64,000 bases of DNA, taken from positions 192,001 to 256,000 of the IMG/VR virus record IMGVR_UViG_2799112330_000002; one strand, given 5' to 3'. Position 1 is the first letter of the stretch. The number at the start of each line of letters is the position of its first letter. The DNA comes from a virus. Its lineage: Duplodnaviria; Heunggongvirae; Uroviricota; Caudoviricetes. The position numbers were made by a program, and so were the translations under genes. Shown here piece after piece: positions 31,963-42,287 of this stretch. The notes beneath the pieces were generated by a model, which worked only from the letters and a program-made list of their open reading frames with translations, did not search any database and was not told the DNA's origin.

Positions 31963-32763
31963 ATGATTGGAATAATAGGTGCCATAGTTGGTGATTTGAT
32001 AGGATGTTCATATGAATTTAAAGGAACACATGATTATAATTTTAAGTTATTGACAGAAAAATCTCATGTTACTGATGATAGTACTTGTACAATAGCAGTA
32101 GCTGATTGGTTATTACATACGGATAGATCTCATGAAGCATTAATAGATAAATTCAAATATTGGTGCAATAAATATAATTATGGATTTGCCCCAATGTTCA
32201 AAAATTGGGTAAATTCAGATAAAAGAGAACCTTATAATTCATTTGGGAATGGTTCAGCTATGAGAGTTTCACCTGTTGCATGGGCAGCACAATCATTAAT
32301 AGAATGCATACAGCTTGCAAAGATATCTGCTGAAGTAACCCATAATCATCCTGAAGGAATTAAAGGGGCTATAACAATTGCTGTAACAATTTGGCTATAT
32401 AGACATGGATTAACAAAAGATGAAATAATTGATTATATAGTTAATAATACTGATTATAAATTACAATCTTATGATGAATTGAAAAAGAATCATAGATTTA
32501 ATTGTATTTGTCAAGTATCTGTTCCTGCATGTCTTACTTGTTGGTATGAAAGCACATCATATGAAGATTGTATACGTAAAGCAATAAGTCTTGGAGGAGA
32601 TGCAGATACGGAAGGATGTATTGCTGGTAGTATTTGTAATGCTAGAGAAGATACAATGATAGATGATGAACTATTGATAAAGTTATGTGAGAACGGCTAT
32701 ATACCAAATGAATTTATAGATATTATTAATGAATTCCATGATAAATATGAAATAAATACATAA
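31963..32763 (+). CDS. ADP-ribosylglycohydrolase (DraG/ARH family)
   Basis: GAIVGD, TDDS, GNGSAMRVSP, THNHPE, GGDADT. Confidence 0.92.
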   Translation: MIGIIGAIVGDLIGCSYEFKGTHDYNFKLLTEKSHVTDDSTCTIAVADWLLHTDRSHEALIDKFKYWCNKYNYGFAPMFKNWVNSDKREPYNSFGNGSAMRVSPVAWAAQSLIECIQLAKISAEVTHNHPEGIKGAITIAVTIWLYRHGLTKDEIIDYIVNNTDYKLQSYDELKKNHRFNCICQVSVPACLTCWYESTSYEDCIRKAISLGGDADTEGCIAGSICNAREDTMIDDELLIKLCENGYIPNEFIDIINEFHDKYEINT

Positions 32764-32780
32764 ATATATATAGAGAATAT

Positions 32781-32933
32781 ATGATAACAAAGACAGAAGT
32801 ACTTGAAAAGATAGATGAATTGAAAGAAATGGTTGCTATCTTACTGAACCCACAATTCAATGAATCCACACACTTTTTATGGAAAGAAATATATGAAGAT
32901 TTGACAAATATAAGAAAGAAGATAGACAAATGA
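32781..32933 (+). CDS. Small hypothetical protein
   Basis: 50-aa ORF MITKTEVLEKIDELKEM...; ATGA overlap with the next gene. Confidence 0.5.
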   Translation: MITKTEVLEKIDELKEMVAILLNPQFNESTHFLWKEIYEDLTNIRKKIDK

Positions 32934-33490
32934 AGACAATATTTATTAGAAGTATATTAGCTGGAATATGTATTGCTTTAGGTGGAGCTATATTCCTTAA
33001 ACTTGGTGGTGTTATTGGAGCAGTAATGTTTGCTTTTGGACTATTGACAGTTGTTCATTTCAGACTGCCTCTTTATACTGGTACTGCAGGTTTTATTGAC
33101 ATAAAGAAAGCTGAGGAATGGCAGATGATGTTTGTCATATTGGTTGGAAATATTCTTGGATGCTTATTGACATCTTTATTGAATATTCAGTCTATCAATA
33201 GTGATTCAATAATTGCTTCAAGAATAGATGCCGGATATCTACAATGTCTATTGATGGGAATAGGATGTGGATTAATAATGACTTTGATAGTAAAGGGTGG
33301 AAGAGATCATAATCAGTTATTGATATTATTTGGAATTCCCTTATTCATTCTTTTAGGATTCTATCATAGTATAGCAGATGCATTTTATTTCTTTGTATCA
33401 GATATGAATTATGAATACCTTTATTACTATATTATTATTGTAATAGGTAACTTCATAGGATGCAATGTACCTAATATATTGAGATATTGA
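32930..33490 (+). CDS. Formate/nitrite transporter family protein (short form)
   Basis: SILAGICIALG, LYTG, GNILG, GFYHSIAD, GNFIG. Confidence 0.8.
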   Translation: MKTIFIRSILAGICIALGGAIFLKLGGVIGAVMFAFGLLTVVHFRLPLYTGTAGFIDIKKAEEWQMMFVILVGNILGCLLTSLLNIQSINSDSIIASRIDAGYLQCLLMGIGCGLIMTLIVKGGRDHNQLLILFGIPLFILLGFYHSIADAFYFFVSDMNYEYLYYYIIIVIGNFIGCNVPNILRY

Positions 33491-33526
33491 CAATAAAACA
33501 ACGTAAAATATAAAAGTATAAGAAAT

Positions 33527-34369
33527 ATGGAAAGTATTGAACAATTACAACAGAGTAATGCGAAATTGACAGAACGATTGAACAATGCAGCAAAATTCTT
33601 TAGGGAGCAAAAAGCACAGATAGAATCATTGACAAAAGAAAATGAAGAACTTAAGAATAAGATTGAAACATTGGAATATACTTCTGAAGATGATGCTAAA
33701 AATTTAGGAGAACTAAATGAACAAATAGAAAAAATAAGACAAACTAGTGAAGAAAATGCTAAGAATCTTGCTAAAGCTATTGAACAAGTAAAAGAAGAAA
33801 GAGAAAAATATGAAGTATTAGAAAAGGAAAATATTGAAATTAATAAAGCTCATAAAGAACTTGCATCTGAAAATGATAACCTTAAAGTAAAGATTGGACA
33901 AATTGAAAATGAAAAGAATGTATTGATTGACAAATATAAAAATGAATATGAATCTTTACAAGGCCAATTAATAAAAGCTACTAATGAATTCAATCAGTTA
34001 AGAGAATTTACAAGCAAGAATAAAGAAGAAAACAATAAGATAATTGAAGACTACAAAAATCTTGTTGATGAAAAGATAAAGTTAGCAAAAGATTTTGAAG
34101 ACAAATATAATAAAGTCATTCAGGAAGGAGAAATGAATGAAAAGATTCTTCAAGATACTATTGGGGAATTAAATAATAAACTTAATAACATTCAATCTCT
34201 AATAACACAATTGCAAGATGACAATAAAAAATTGACTGTAAGTAATCAGAATCTTAGTAAGACCTGTGATGAACTAGATAATGATTGCAGAACATATGAA
34301 GAACAAATTCAGAAATATGAATCATTTATAGATACTATTGATAATTTTATTAAAGAATTGAAAAACTAA
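33527..34369 (+). CDS. Coiled-coil protein
   Basis: Continuous E/K/N/L heptad pattern. Confidence 0.7.
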   Translation: MESIEQLQQSNAKLTERLNNAAKFFREQKAQIESLTKENEELKNKIETLEYTSEDDAKNLGELNEQIEKIRQTSEENAKNLAKAIEQVKEEREKYEVLEKENIEINKAHKELASENDNLKVKIGQIENEKNVLIDKYKNEYESLQGQLIKATNEFNQLREFTSKNKEENNKIIEDYKNLVDEKIKLAKDFEDKYNKVIQEGEMNEKILQDTIGELNNKLNNIQSLITQLQDDNKKLTVSNQNLSKTCDELDNDCRTYEEQIQKYESFIDTIDNFIKELKN

Positions 34370-34464
34370 TCTACAAAAATATTTTATTATTATAAAAATC
34401 AAACATACAGGACCAAAATCTTGTATGGAGCAACTAAAAATATAATTAACATAAATTTAAGATT

Positions 34465-35052
34465 ATGAGCAACAAAAAGATCATTGGTATCGATTTGGGT
34501 ACCACTAATTCATGCGTATCAGTTTATGAAGCTGGTGAAGCGCAAGTAATTACAAATGCTGAAGGTAAACGTACTACTCCTTCAGTTGTAGGATTTACAA
34601 AAGATGGTGAACGTAAAGTTGGAGATCCAGCAAAACGTCAAGCTATTACAAATCCTAAGAACACAGTTTATTCTATTAAGCGTTATATGGGAATGAATTA
34701 TGACAAACTTAAGAAAGAAGACAAAGATGTTCCATATAACCTTATTAACGACAATAATCTTCCTAAAGTTGATATAGAAGGGAAGAAATATACTCCTCAA
34801 GAAATTTCCTCAATGATTCTAGCCAAGATGAAGAAGACAGCAGAAGACTATCTTGGTAATGAAGTTACAGAAGCAGTTGTTACTGTCCCTGCATATTTTG
34901 ATGACCGTCAACGTCAAGCTACTATTGAAGCTGGTAAGATTGCTGGACTTGATGTAAAGCGTATTGTCAATGAGCCAACCGCCGCAGCACTTGCTTATGG
35001 TGTTGACAAATCAGACAAAGATATGAAGATTGTTGTATTTGATTTCGGTGGT
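34465..35052 (+). CDS. dnaK: DnaK (Hsp70) exon 1
   Basis: [26 protein letters not shown]; ends at VFDFGG. Confidence 0.95.
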
Positions 35053-36562
35053 AAACGTCATGAAAACTGCCTCCGCGCTGCAGCTTAATTTAAGTTGTAT
35101 GTGTAAAATTAAAAACTTGTTAATTGCGGAGAACCCCACGTTAATTCGATAAGAGAGCTCTAATTACCGCACTTGATGGTGACATACAAGGTAGCAGATA
35201 GCTTAATTACTATTGGATGGTAAAAAGATTAGAGATTGGGCAACCGAAATAAGCGCAGCGAAGTTTCTTAGTAATAAGAAAAACGTTCAACGACTAGAAA
35301 AAGTAATCCTATAAAAAATATCTAAAGGACCAAATTTCCATGAATACAAGTTAATCTAAAGTGGAACTTTTGATTTATTTTTAATTAAATAAAATATATT
35401 AAAATTTATGGAAAGTTCTAATAAAGAAGAGATCTTTGACATTTTGATTAAACACATTTTAAAAATTTTTGATGAAAACAATAATGAAATAAAGTTTTCA
35501 GAAATAAAAATTAAAGAAACAAAATTAAAATATGCTTCAAATTCTTCAATACATGTATATTTAGATAATAATATATGTTTATCTTCAAAAGAAACAAGAA
35601 AATATAGAGTATTATATAAATGTAGATGTGGAAGAGAAAATAAAATTTTGCTTTGTAAATATTTATTAAAAAGAAAAATAGTATGTCAACATTGTTTACA
35701 GGATAGAACATTTGAAGATCATTTAGATGTACAACCATATTCAATTAAAAAAGGGTTAAGATCAAAAATTAATAATAACTTAAACAAGCAAAACAATGAA
35801 TTGATATTTGAAAATATGAATGATGAATTTAAAACAAATTATTATTCTAATCATTTAACTAATGAGGAATTTTTTAGATATCTTCCTTATATGTATCAAA
35901 TTAATAATGTTATTATAACACCAAAAAACATTAAATTAATTAGATATTTGGAACATTATCCAACAAATAATCAATTTAAATTTACTGCTAAAGTTTCATT
36001 TGATAATGGTATAACATATAAATCAATTCAAAATATAAAATTACAATGTTCTATATGTAAAAAAATATTTAATGTACATATTAATAACTTAAAAAATAAA
36101 GATTTATCTAATATTAAATGTAAAATGTGCTCTTTAAGTAATCATAGATATAATATTAAATTATTTGATGAATCTGGACTTACTTATCAATCTAATCCAG
36201 AAAAATATTTTATTGAGCAGTGTTATAAATATAATATTAAAATTAATAATGGATTAAAAATTCCTTATTACTTTAATAATTCAAATCATATATATAATTC
36301 AGATTTTTATTTACCAGAATATAATTATGTTATAGAAATTAAATCTGATAATATTTGGTACAGAAAAGATATAGAATCAGGAAAAATCAAAGCAAAAGAA
36401 CAAGGCGTAGTAGAATTTGGTAAACTTTATAATATAAAATATAAAATGTTGTTTGATCAGGATATAGATAACTTTATTAAAAACATTTTAGATGAAAGAG
36501 ATAGTCTAAACAATCAAGAGATTGATTGAAATTAAGATAAAGAGCTTAATGATAATAAAATG
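35053..36562 (+). ncRNA. Group I self-splicing intron in dnaK
   Basis: The 5' exon ends in U and the intron ends in G; splicing restores DFGG|GTHDVS. Elements seen: P (aattgcggagaa, 35122), Q (cgcagcgaag, 35254), R (gttcaacgacta, 35285), S (gagagatagtct, ~36497). P3 aacttgt/acaagtt, P8 atctaaa/tttagat and P7 gacta/tagtc pairings are present. Confidence 0.92.
35408..36529 (+). CDS. Intron-encoded homing endonuclease (Zn-ribbons plus C-terminal PD-(D/E)xK)
   Basis: CRCG, CQHC, CSIC, CKMC; YNSDFYLPEYNYVIEIKS; starts in the P8 loop. Confidence 0.8.
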   Translation: MESSNKEEIFDILIKHILKIFDENNNEIKFSEIKIKETKLKYASNSSIHVYLDNNICLSSKETRKYRVLYKCRCGRENKILLCKYLLKRKIVCQHCLQDRTFEDHLDVQPYSIKKGLRSKINNNLNKQNNELIFENMNDEFKTNYYSNHLTNEEFFRYLPYMYQINNVIITPKNIKLIRYLEHYPTNNQFKFTAKVSFDNGITYKSIQNIKLQCSICKKIFNVHINNLKNKDLSNIKCKMCSLSNHRYNIKLFDESGLTYQSNPEKYFIEQCYKYNIKINNGLKIPYYFNNSNHIYNSDFYLPEYNYVIEIKSDNIWYRKDIESGKIKAKEQGVVEFGKLYNIKYKMLFDQDIDNFIKNILDERDSLNNQEID

Positions 36563-37930
36563 GGTACTCATGATGTATCTATTCTTGAATTCGGTTCAGG
36601 TGTATTTGAAGTATTAGCAACAAGTGGTGATACACATCTTGGTGGTGATGATATTGACAATGTTGTTATGAAGTATCTTACCGATGAATTCAAGAATGAC
36701 AAGGGAATTGATCTTACAAAAGATCCTATGGCAATGCAACGTGTAAAGGAAGCAGCTGAAAAAGCAAAGATTGAATTATCATCAACTACATCATCAGAAA
36801 TCAATCTTCCTTATATTACTGCTAATGAAAATGGACCACAACATTTGGTAATGACATTAACAAGAGCGAAGTTTGAACAGTTGATTGATTCTATTGTAAA
36901 GAAAACTATTGAGCCTTGCCGTCTTGCATTAGAGCAAGCTAAGCTTTCTACTAAAGACATTGATGAGATTCTGTTGGTTGGTGGATCTACACGTATTCCT
37001 GCTATTCAGGAAGCTGTAAAGAACTTCTTTGGCAAGGAAGCATCTAAGGGAATCAATCCTGATGAAGCTGTTGCTATTGGAGCATCTATTCAGGGAGCTA
37101 TTCTCAATAAAGATGAAGGTGTTGGTGATATTGTACTTCTTGATGTAACTCCTATCTCTATGGGTATTGAAGCACATACACAATTTGATCCTGATGGAAG
37201 AATGGCAAAGATCATTGAAGCACAAACAACAATTCCTTGTAAGAAGAGTCAGACATTTACAACAGCTGTAGACAACCAGTCAGCAGTTACTATTGTAGTA
37301 CTTCAGGGAGAACGTACATATGCTAAAGATTGCAAGACTATTGGAACATTCAATCTTGAAGGCATTGCTCCAGCTAAAGCAGGTATTCCACAGATTGAAG
37401 TATCATTTGATATTGATGCTAATGGTGTATTGAATGTATCTGCTAAAGACAAGGCTACAGGTAAGGAACAGCAAATCACAATTTCTAACAACAATCTTTC
37501 AGATGCAGAAATTGAACAAATGAAGGCTGATGCAGAAGCACATAAGGAAGAGGACAAGAAGAGAGAAGAACAAATGAACAAGCTTAATATGGCTCAATTC
37601 TTGATTAACTCAATTGACCAGATGTTTGAAGATGAAAATATGAAAGACAAGATTACTGAGGAAGATAAGAACAATATCACTCCTGCTAAAGACAATCTTG
37701 CTGAAGTATTGAAAGAATATCAAACAGCTGAAGACAAGGAAGATGCAATGCTTAAAGTTGAAGAAGCTCAAAAGGCTTTGGAAGAAGTATGGAATCCTTT
37801 AGTAAAGAAACTTTATATTGATCCTAATGCTGCCGCTAATAATGAAGGTGGTAATCCTTTTACAGGAGATAATCCATTTGCTGGACAAGGTATTGATCCT
37901 TCACAATTTGCAGGAGCAGCAAATAAATAA
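36563..37930 (+). CDS. dnaK: DnaK (Hsp70) exon 2
   Basis: [50 protein letters not shown]. Confidence 0.95.
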   Translation, partial: GTHDVSILEFGSGVFEVLATSGDTHLGGDDIDNVVMKYLTDEFKNDKGIDLTKDPMAMQRVKEAAEKAKIELSSTTSSEINLPYITANENGPQHLVMTLTRAKFEQLIDSIVKKTIEPCRLALEQAKLSTKDIDEILLVGGSTRIPAIQEAVKNFFGKEASKGINPDEAVAIGASIQGAILNKDEGVGDIVLLDVTPISMGIEAHTQFDPDGRMAKIIEAQTTIPCKKSQTFTTAVDNQSAVTIVVLQGERTYAKDCKTIGTFNLEGIAPAKAGIPQIEVSFDIDANGVLNVSAKDKATGKEQQITISNNNLSDAEIEQMKADAEAHKEEDKKREEQMNKLNMAQFLINSIDQMFEDENMKDKITEEDKNNITPAKDNLAEVLKEYQTAEDKEDAMLKVEEAQKALEEVWNPLVKKLYIDPNAAANNEGGNPFTGDNPFAGQGIDPSQFAGAANK

Positions 37931-37963
37931 AAATATATTAATTAAAAATTGGAGGTAATTATT

Positions 37964-38407
37964 ATGACAAATGCTTTAAGTTTTAAGAATCGTGACAATT
38001 TATTTGGTTTTATGCCAACATTTATGTCAAATTGGTTTGACGATTTCGGAATGATTCCATCAAACTTTACCAATTCCCCAAAGGTTAATGTAAAGGAAAC
38101 TGATAAAGCTTATGAAATAGAAATTGCCAACCCAGGTTTCGGAAAAGAAGACACTAAGATTGAAGTAAAAGATGGTTCTCTTTATGTTTCTATGACATCT
38201 CAATCTGAAGAAGGAGAAAATGATGGAAACAAATACCATGTAAGACAATGGTCTAAATCATCTTATGAAGAATCTTGGTATCTACCTGAAAATGTAATTG
38301 AAGATCAAATTTCAGCAAAACATACTGATGGTGTTCTTACAATTACACTTCCAAAAAAGGAAGTACAGAAATCTCATGAAGATCCAAAAATAATTAATAT
38401 TGAATAA
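37964..38407 (+). CDS. Small heat-shock protein (Hsp20)
   Basis: PKVNVKETDKAYEIEIANPG...ISAKHTDGVLTITLPK; GGAGG 8 nt before the ATG at 37964. Confidence 0.9.
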   Translation: MTNALSFKNRDNLFGFMPTFMSNWFDDFGMIPSNFTNSPKVNVKETDKAYEIEIANPGFGKEDTKIEVKDGSLYVSMTSQSEEGENDGNKYHVRQWSKSSYEESWYLPENVIEDQISAKHTDGVLTITLPKKEVQKSHEDPKIINIE

Positions 38408-38426
38408 TATCATATTGTTAGGTTTA

Positions 38427-38455
38427 GAGGGATGGGTCTGATCCCATCCCCTTTT
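38427..38455 (+). terminator. Intrinsic terminator/attenuator between hsp20 and dnaJ
   Basis: gagggatggg-tctgat-cccatcccc-tttt. Confidence 0.75.
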
Positions 38456-38471
38456 ATATTTTATTTTGTTT

Positions 38472-39548
38472 ATGAGTAAAGATTATTATAAGATATTAGG
38501 AATTGATAAGAATGCTTCAGAAGATGATATTAAGAAAGCATTCAAAAAAGGAGCTATCAAATGGCATCCTGATAGATGGTCTAATAAGTCAGAAAAGGAA
38601 AAAGAAAATGCTGAAAAGAACTTCAAAGAGATTAATGAAGCTAATGAAGTATTGTCGGATCCTGAAAAGAGAAAACTATATGATCAGTTTGGAGCTGATT
38701 GGGAAAATGTAGCTAATCAAGGTGGTGGTTTTGATGGTTTTAGTGATCTTGGAAGTTTCTTTAGACATATGCATAGTGGCATGGATTCATTCTTTGGTGG
38801 TAGACAACAACCACAAGGTCCACGTCCAGGCCAAGATGTTCAAGTAAGATATGGAATAAGTATTGAAGAAATATATAATGGATGCAATAAGCAAATTGAA
38901 GTAACTGTTAAGGGTAGATGTGAAGAATGTCATGGAACCGGTGGAGATAAAGAAACATGTTCACACTGTCATGGTACTGGTATGATTACAAATGTTCAAA
39001 GAACAGCATTTGGTATTATTCAGAATTCTTCACCTTGTCCTTATTGCCATGGACTTGGTAGTATAACTAAAAACAAATGTCATAAATGCCATGGTGAAGG
39101 AATGGTCAATTTAACAAGAAAGATCAAACTAAACATTAAGCCATTTACTGCTAATGGAACAAATCTTAAGTTAACAGGAATGGGATATGAGTCAAAAGAT
39201 GATCATGGCCTTAATGGAGATCTTTATGTAAATATCTATTATGATATTGATCCAGACAAATATGTTATAAACGGAAATACTGTATATGAAAAGATAAAGA
39301 TCCCTTATTATGATTGTATATTGGGAACAACAAAGAAAGTTAGGCTTCCAAATAATACTGAAGAAGAAATAACAGTAAAACAATATTCATCAGAAGGTGA
39401 TCAAATTATTTTACCCGGTAAAGGAATAAATGGAGGCAAATATATTTTCGTTGTTTCTGTAGATATGCCAAAACGACAATTGTTAAAGGGAATATCTGAT
39501 AAAGAAAAGAAACTATTGAAAGAAATAAAGAAAATGCATGATTCTTAA
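38472..39548 (+). CDS. dnaJ: DnaJ chaperone
   Basis: J domain (DYYKILG, WHPD), G/F region, four CxxCxGxG repeats. Confidence 0.95.
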   Translation: MSKDYYKILGIDKNASEDDIKKAFKKGAIKWHPDRWSNKSEKEKENAEKNFKEINEANEVLSDPEKRKLYDQFGADWENVANQGGGFDGFSDLGSFFRHMHSGMDSFFGGRQQPQGPRPGQDVQVRYGISIEEIYNGCNKQIEVTVKGRCEECHGTGGDKETCSHCHGTGMITNVQRTAFGIIQNSSPCPYCHGLGSITKNKCHKCHGEGMVNLTRKIKLNIKPFTANGTNLKLTGMGYESKDDHGLNGDLYVNIYYDIDPDKYVINGNTVYEKIKIPYYDCILGTTKKVRLPNNTEEEITVKQYSSEGDQIILPGKGINGGKYIFVVSVDMPKRQLLKGISDKEKKLLKEIKKMHDS

Positions 39549-39561
39549 GAATCATGCATTT
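39532..39561. terminator. Perfect 30-bp palindrome / bidirectional terminator
   Basis: aaatgcatgattcttaagaatcatgcattt, centred on the dnaJ stop. Confidence 0.75.
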
Positions 39562-39569
39562 ATATTTTA

Positions 39570-40457
39570 TTATTTATACCATGCTGGTGGATTTCCTTCT
39601 AATGGAGATTCATCAAACATCCATCTCATATCTTGAACATTACTTACATCCCATTTAGATATGTCTCCATTAAATTTTGAACTATAGAACATACAACTCA
39701 TATTTTCAACATTGATAACATTCCATTTCGATATATCTTGATTGAATTTAGAATCATAAAACATATATCCCATATCTTTAACTTTACTTACATTCCATTG
39801 AGATATATCATTATTGAATTCAGATTCTTCAAACATATGACCCATATTTTTAGCATTCCTAATATCCCACTGAGATATATCTATGTTAAATTTATATCCA
39901 TAAAACATGTATTGCATATCTTCAGCTTTGCTTACATCCCAGTTAGATATATTTTGATTAAATTTAGAATATGAAAACATCCATGACATATCTTTAACAC
40001 TACTTACATCCCAATCAGAAATATCTTGATTAAATTTAGATTCAGCAAACATACTAGACATATTATTAACATTACTTACATCCCATTTAGATATGTCTTG
40101 ATTAAATTTAGATTCAGCAAACATATATTGCATATTTTCAACATTATGTATATCCCATAAAGAGATATCTCCATTGAATTTTGATCTACAAAATATATAT
40201 GACATATCCTCAACATTACTTACATCCCATTCAGAAATATCCCCATTAAATTTAGATGAAAAAAATAATTTAGACATATCAGTAATTTTTGATGTATCTA
40301 TATCATTAATATCTGCATCAATACCTCTTTCTTTAATTAATTTTTTTATTAATTTTTGTAGTTCATCTTTTGTTTTTGGATGATAATTATATTGATGGGT
40401 CAAATTGTCTTTTGATAGACGAAATTTCTCTGTTATAAACTGGTTTAGTTTCTTCAT
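39570..40457 (-). CDS. DUF285/BspA-like repeat protein (array 2, 9 repeats)
   Basis: Leader, 24-aa repeats, NPPAWY cap. Confidence 0.9.
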   Translation of the reverse strand: MKKLNQFITEKFRLSKDNLTHQYNYHPKTKDELQKLIKKLIKERGIDADINDIDTSKITDMSKLFFSSKFNGDISEWDVSNVEDMSYIFCRSKFNGDISLWDIHNVENMQYMFAESKFNQDISKWDVSNVNNMSSMFAESKFNQDISDWDVSSVKDMSWMFSYSKFNQNISNWDVSKAEDMQYMFYGYKFNIDISQWDIRNAKNMGHMFEESEFNNDISQWNVSKVKDMGYMFYDSKFNQDISKWNVINVENMSCMFYSSKFNGDISKWDVSNVQDMRWMFDESPLEGNPPAWYK

Positions 40458-40478
40458 ATATATTAGATATTATTTTAT

Positions 40479-41159
40479 TTATTCTTTATACCATGCTGGC
40501 ATATTATATTTTAATGGACATCCAAAAAACATATCATCCATATCTTTAACATTACTTACATTCCATTTTGAAATATCTCCATTAAATTTAGAATAAGCAA
40601 ACATCTGATACATTGTTTTAACATTACTAACGTCCCATTGAGAAATATCTCCATTAAATTTTGATCTTGCAAACATAGCTATCATATTTGTAACATTACT
40701 AACGTCCCATTGAGAAATATCTCCATTAAAAACCGAATCTTTAAACATAATATGCATATTTTTAACACTACTTACATCCCAATTAGATATATCTCCATTA
40801 AATTTAGATTCTCTAAACATACTGTCCATATCTGTAACATTGCTTACATCCCATTTTGATATATCTCCATTAAAATCAGAATTCAAAAACATATTTGTCA
40901 TATCTTTAACATTACTTACATCCCACAAAGATATATCTCCATTGAAATATGAATCATAAAATATAGATGTCATATCAGTGATTTCAGAAGTATCTATATC
41001 ATTTAGATCAGCCTTATTACCTCTTTCTTCAATTAATTTATCTACTAAGTCATTTAGTTCATATAAAGTCTTTGGGTAATAATGATATGTATATACGTTC
41101 TTTAAGTTATCTTTTGATAGTCTAAACTTTTCTGTTATGAACTGATTTAGTTGTTTCAT
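40479..41159 (-). CDS. DUF285/BspA-like repeat protein (array 2, 6 repeats)
   Basis: Same architecture. Confidence 0.9.
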   Translation of the reverse strand: MKQLNQFITEKFRLSKDNLKNVYTYHYYPKTLYELNDLVDKLIEERGNKADLNDIDTSEITDMTSIFYDSYFNGDISLWDVSNVKDMTNMFLNSDFNGDISKWDVSNVTDMDSMFRESKFNGDISNWDVSSVKNMHIMFKDSVFNGDISQWDVSNVTNMIAMFARSKFNGDISQWDVSNVKTMYQMFAYSKFNGDISKWNVSNVKDMDDMFFGCPLKYNMPAWYKE

Positions 41160-41188
41160 ATATAATAATTTATATTATTTAGTTTATG

Positions 41189-41644
41189 TTATTCTTTATA
41201 CCATGCTGGTGGGTTCTGTTCTAATGGGCATCCGTAAAATATATCAAGTTTATTTTCAACATTATGCGTATCCCATTCAGAGATATCTCCAGAAAATTTT
41301 GAACAAGTAAACATATAATCCATATATTTGACTTTACTTACGTCCCATCCAGATATATCACCATTAAATTCTGAATCTGCAAACATATCACTCATATTTA
41401 TTACATTACTTACATCCCATAAAGATATATCTCCATTAAAATTAGAACAATAAAAAGTTGCAGACATATCTTTTATGTTAGATGTATCTATATCATTAAG
41501 ATTTGCGTCATACCCTCTTTCCTCAATTAACTTACTAATAAGAGTATTAAAATTTTTATCATTTGGATGATAGTTATAATGAGGTTCAAGATTGTCTTTT
41601 GATATACGAAATTTCTCCGTTATGAACTGATTTAATTTCTTCAT
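41189..41644 (-). CDS. DUF285/BspA-like repeat protein (array 2, 3 repeats)
   Basis: Same architecture. Confidence 0.9.
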   Translation of the reverse strand: MKKLNQFITEKFRISKDNLEPHYNYHPNDKNFNTLISKLIEERGYDANLNDIDTSNIKDMSATFYCSNFNGDISLWDVSNVINMSDMFADSEFNGDISGWDVSKVKYMDYMFTCSKFSGDISEWDTHNVENKLDIFYGCPLEQNPPAWYKE

Positions 41645-41657
41645 ATATATTATTATT

Positions 41658-42278
41658 TTATTTATAAAATTTATTATACAATTCCGTATACCATGCTGGC
41701 GGATTTTTTTCTAATGGGGAATAATCAACCATCCATGCTATATTTTTGACATTACTTACATCCCATTTAGATATATCTCCATTGAATTTGGACTGTTCAA
41801 ACATATGACACATATCTGCGACATTACTTACATCCCATTTAGATATATCTCCATTAAACTTAGAATTATAAAACATTCCATTCATAGTTGTAACATTACT
41901 TACATTCCAACCAGAGATATCTTCATTAAATTTAGAACGCCAAAACATTCCTGCCATGCTTTTAACATTTGATACATCCCATTTTGATATATCTCCATTA
42001 AAATTTGATTCTTTAAACATCCATGTCATACGTTCAACATTGCTTACATTCCATTCAGAAATATCCCCATTGAATTTAGATTTATAAAATAATTCAGACA
42101 TATCAGTAATTGCACAAACATCTATATCATTAAGATCTGCATCATTCCCTCGTTCTTTAATTAGTTTCTTGACTAATTCTTTTAGTTCATCTTTTGTTTT
42201 TGGATAATAATTATATTGATTAATACTATCTTTTGATAAACGAAATTTCTCTATAATGAACTGGTTTAGTTTCTTCAT
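41658..42278 (-). CDS. DUF285/BspA-like repeat protein (array 2, 5 repeats)
   Basis: Same architecture; tail WYTELYNKFYK. Confidence 0.9.
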   Translation of the reverse strand: MKKLNQFIIEKFRLSKDSINQYNYYPKTKDELKELVKKLIKERGNDADLNDIDVCAITDMSELFYKSKFNGDISEWNVSNVERMTWMFKESNFNGDISKWDVSNVKSMAGMFWRSKFNEDISGWNVSNVTTMNGMFYNSKFNGDISKWDVSNVADMCHMFEQSKFNGDISKWDVSNVKNIAWMVDYSPLEKNPPAWYTELYNKFYK

Positions 42279-42287
42279 ATATTAATT

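Noticed and set aside
34465-37930. dnaK as a pseudogene, split gene or intein-containing gene
   Set aside because: The interruption has stop codons and full group I RNA hallmarks; precise removal restores DFGGGTHDVS
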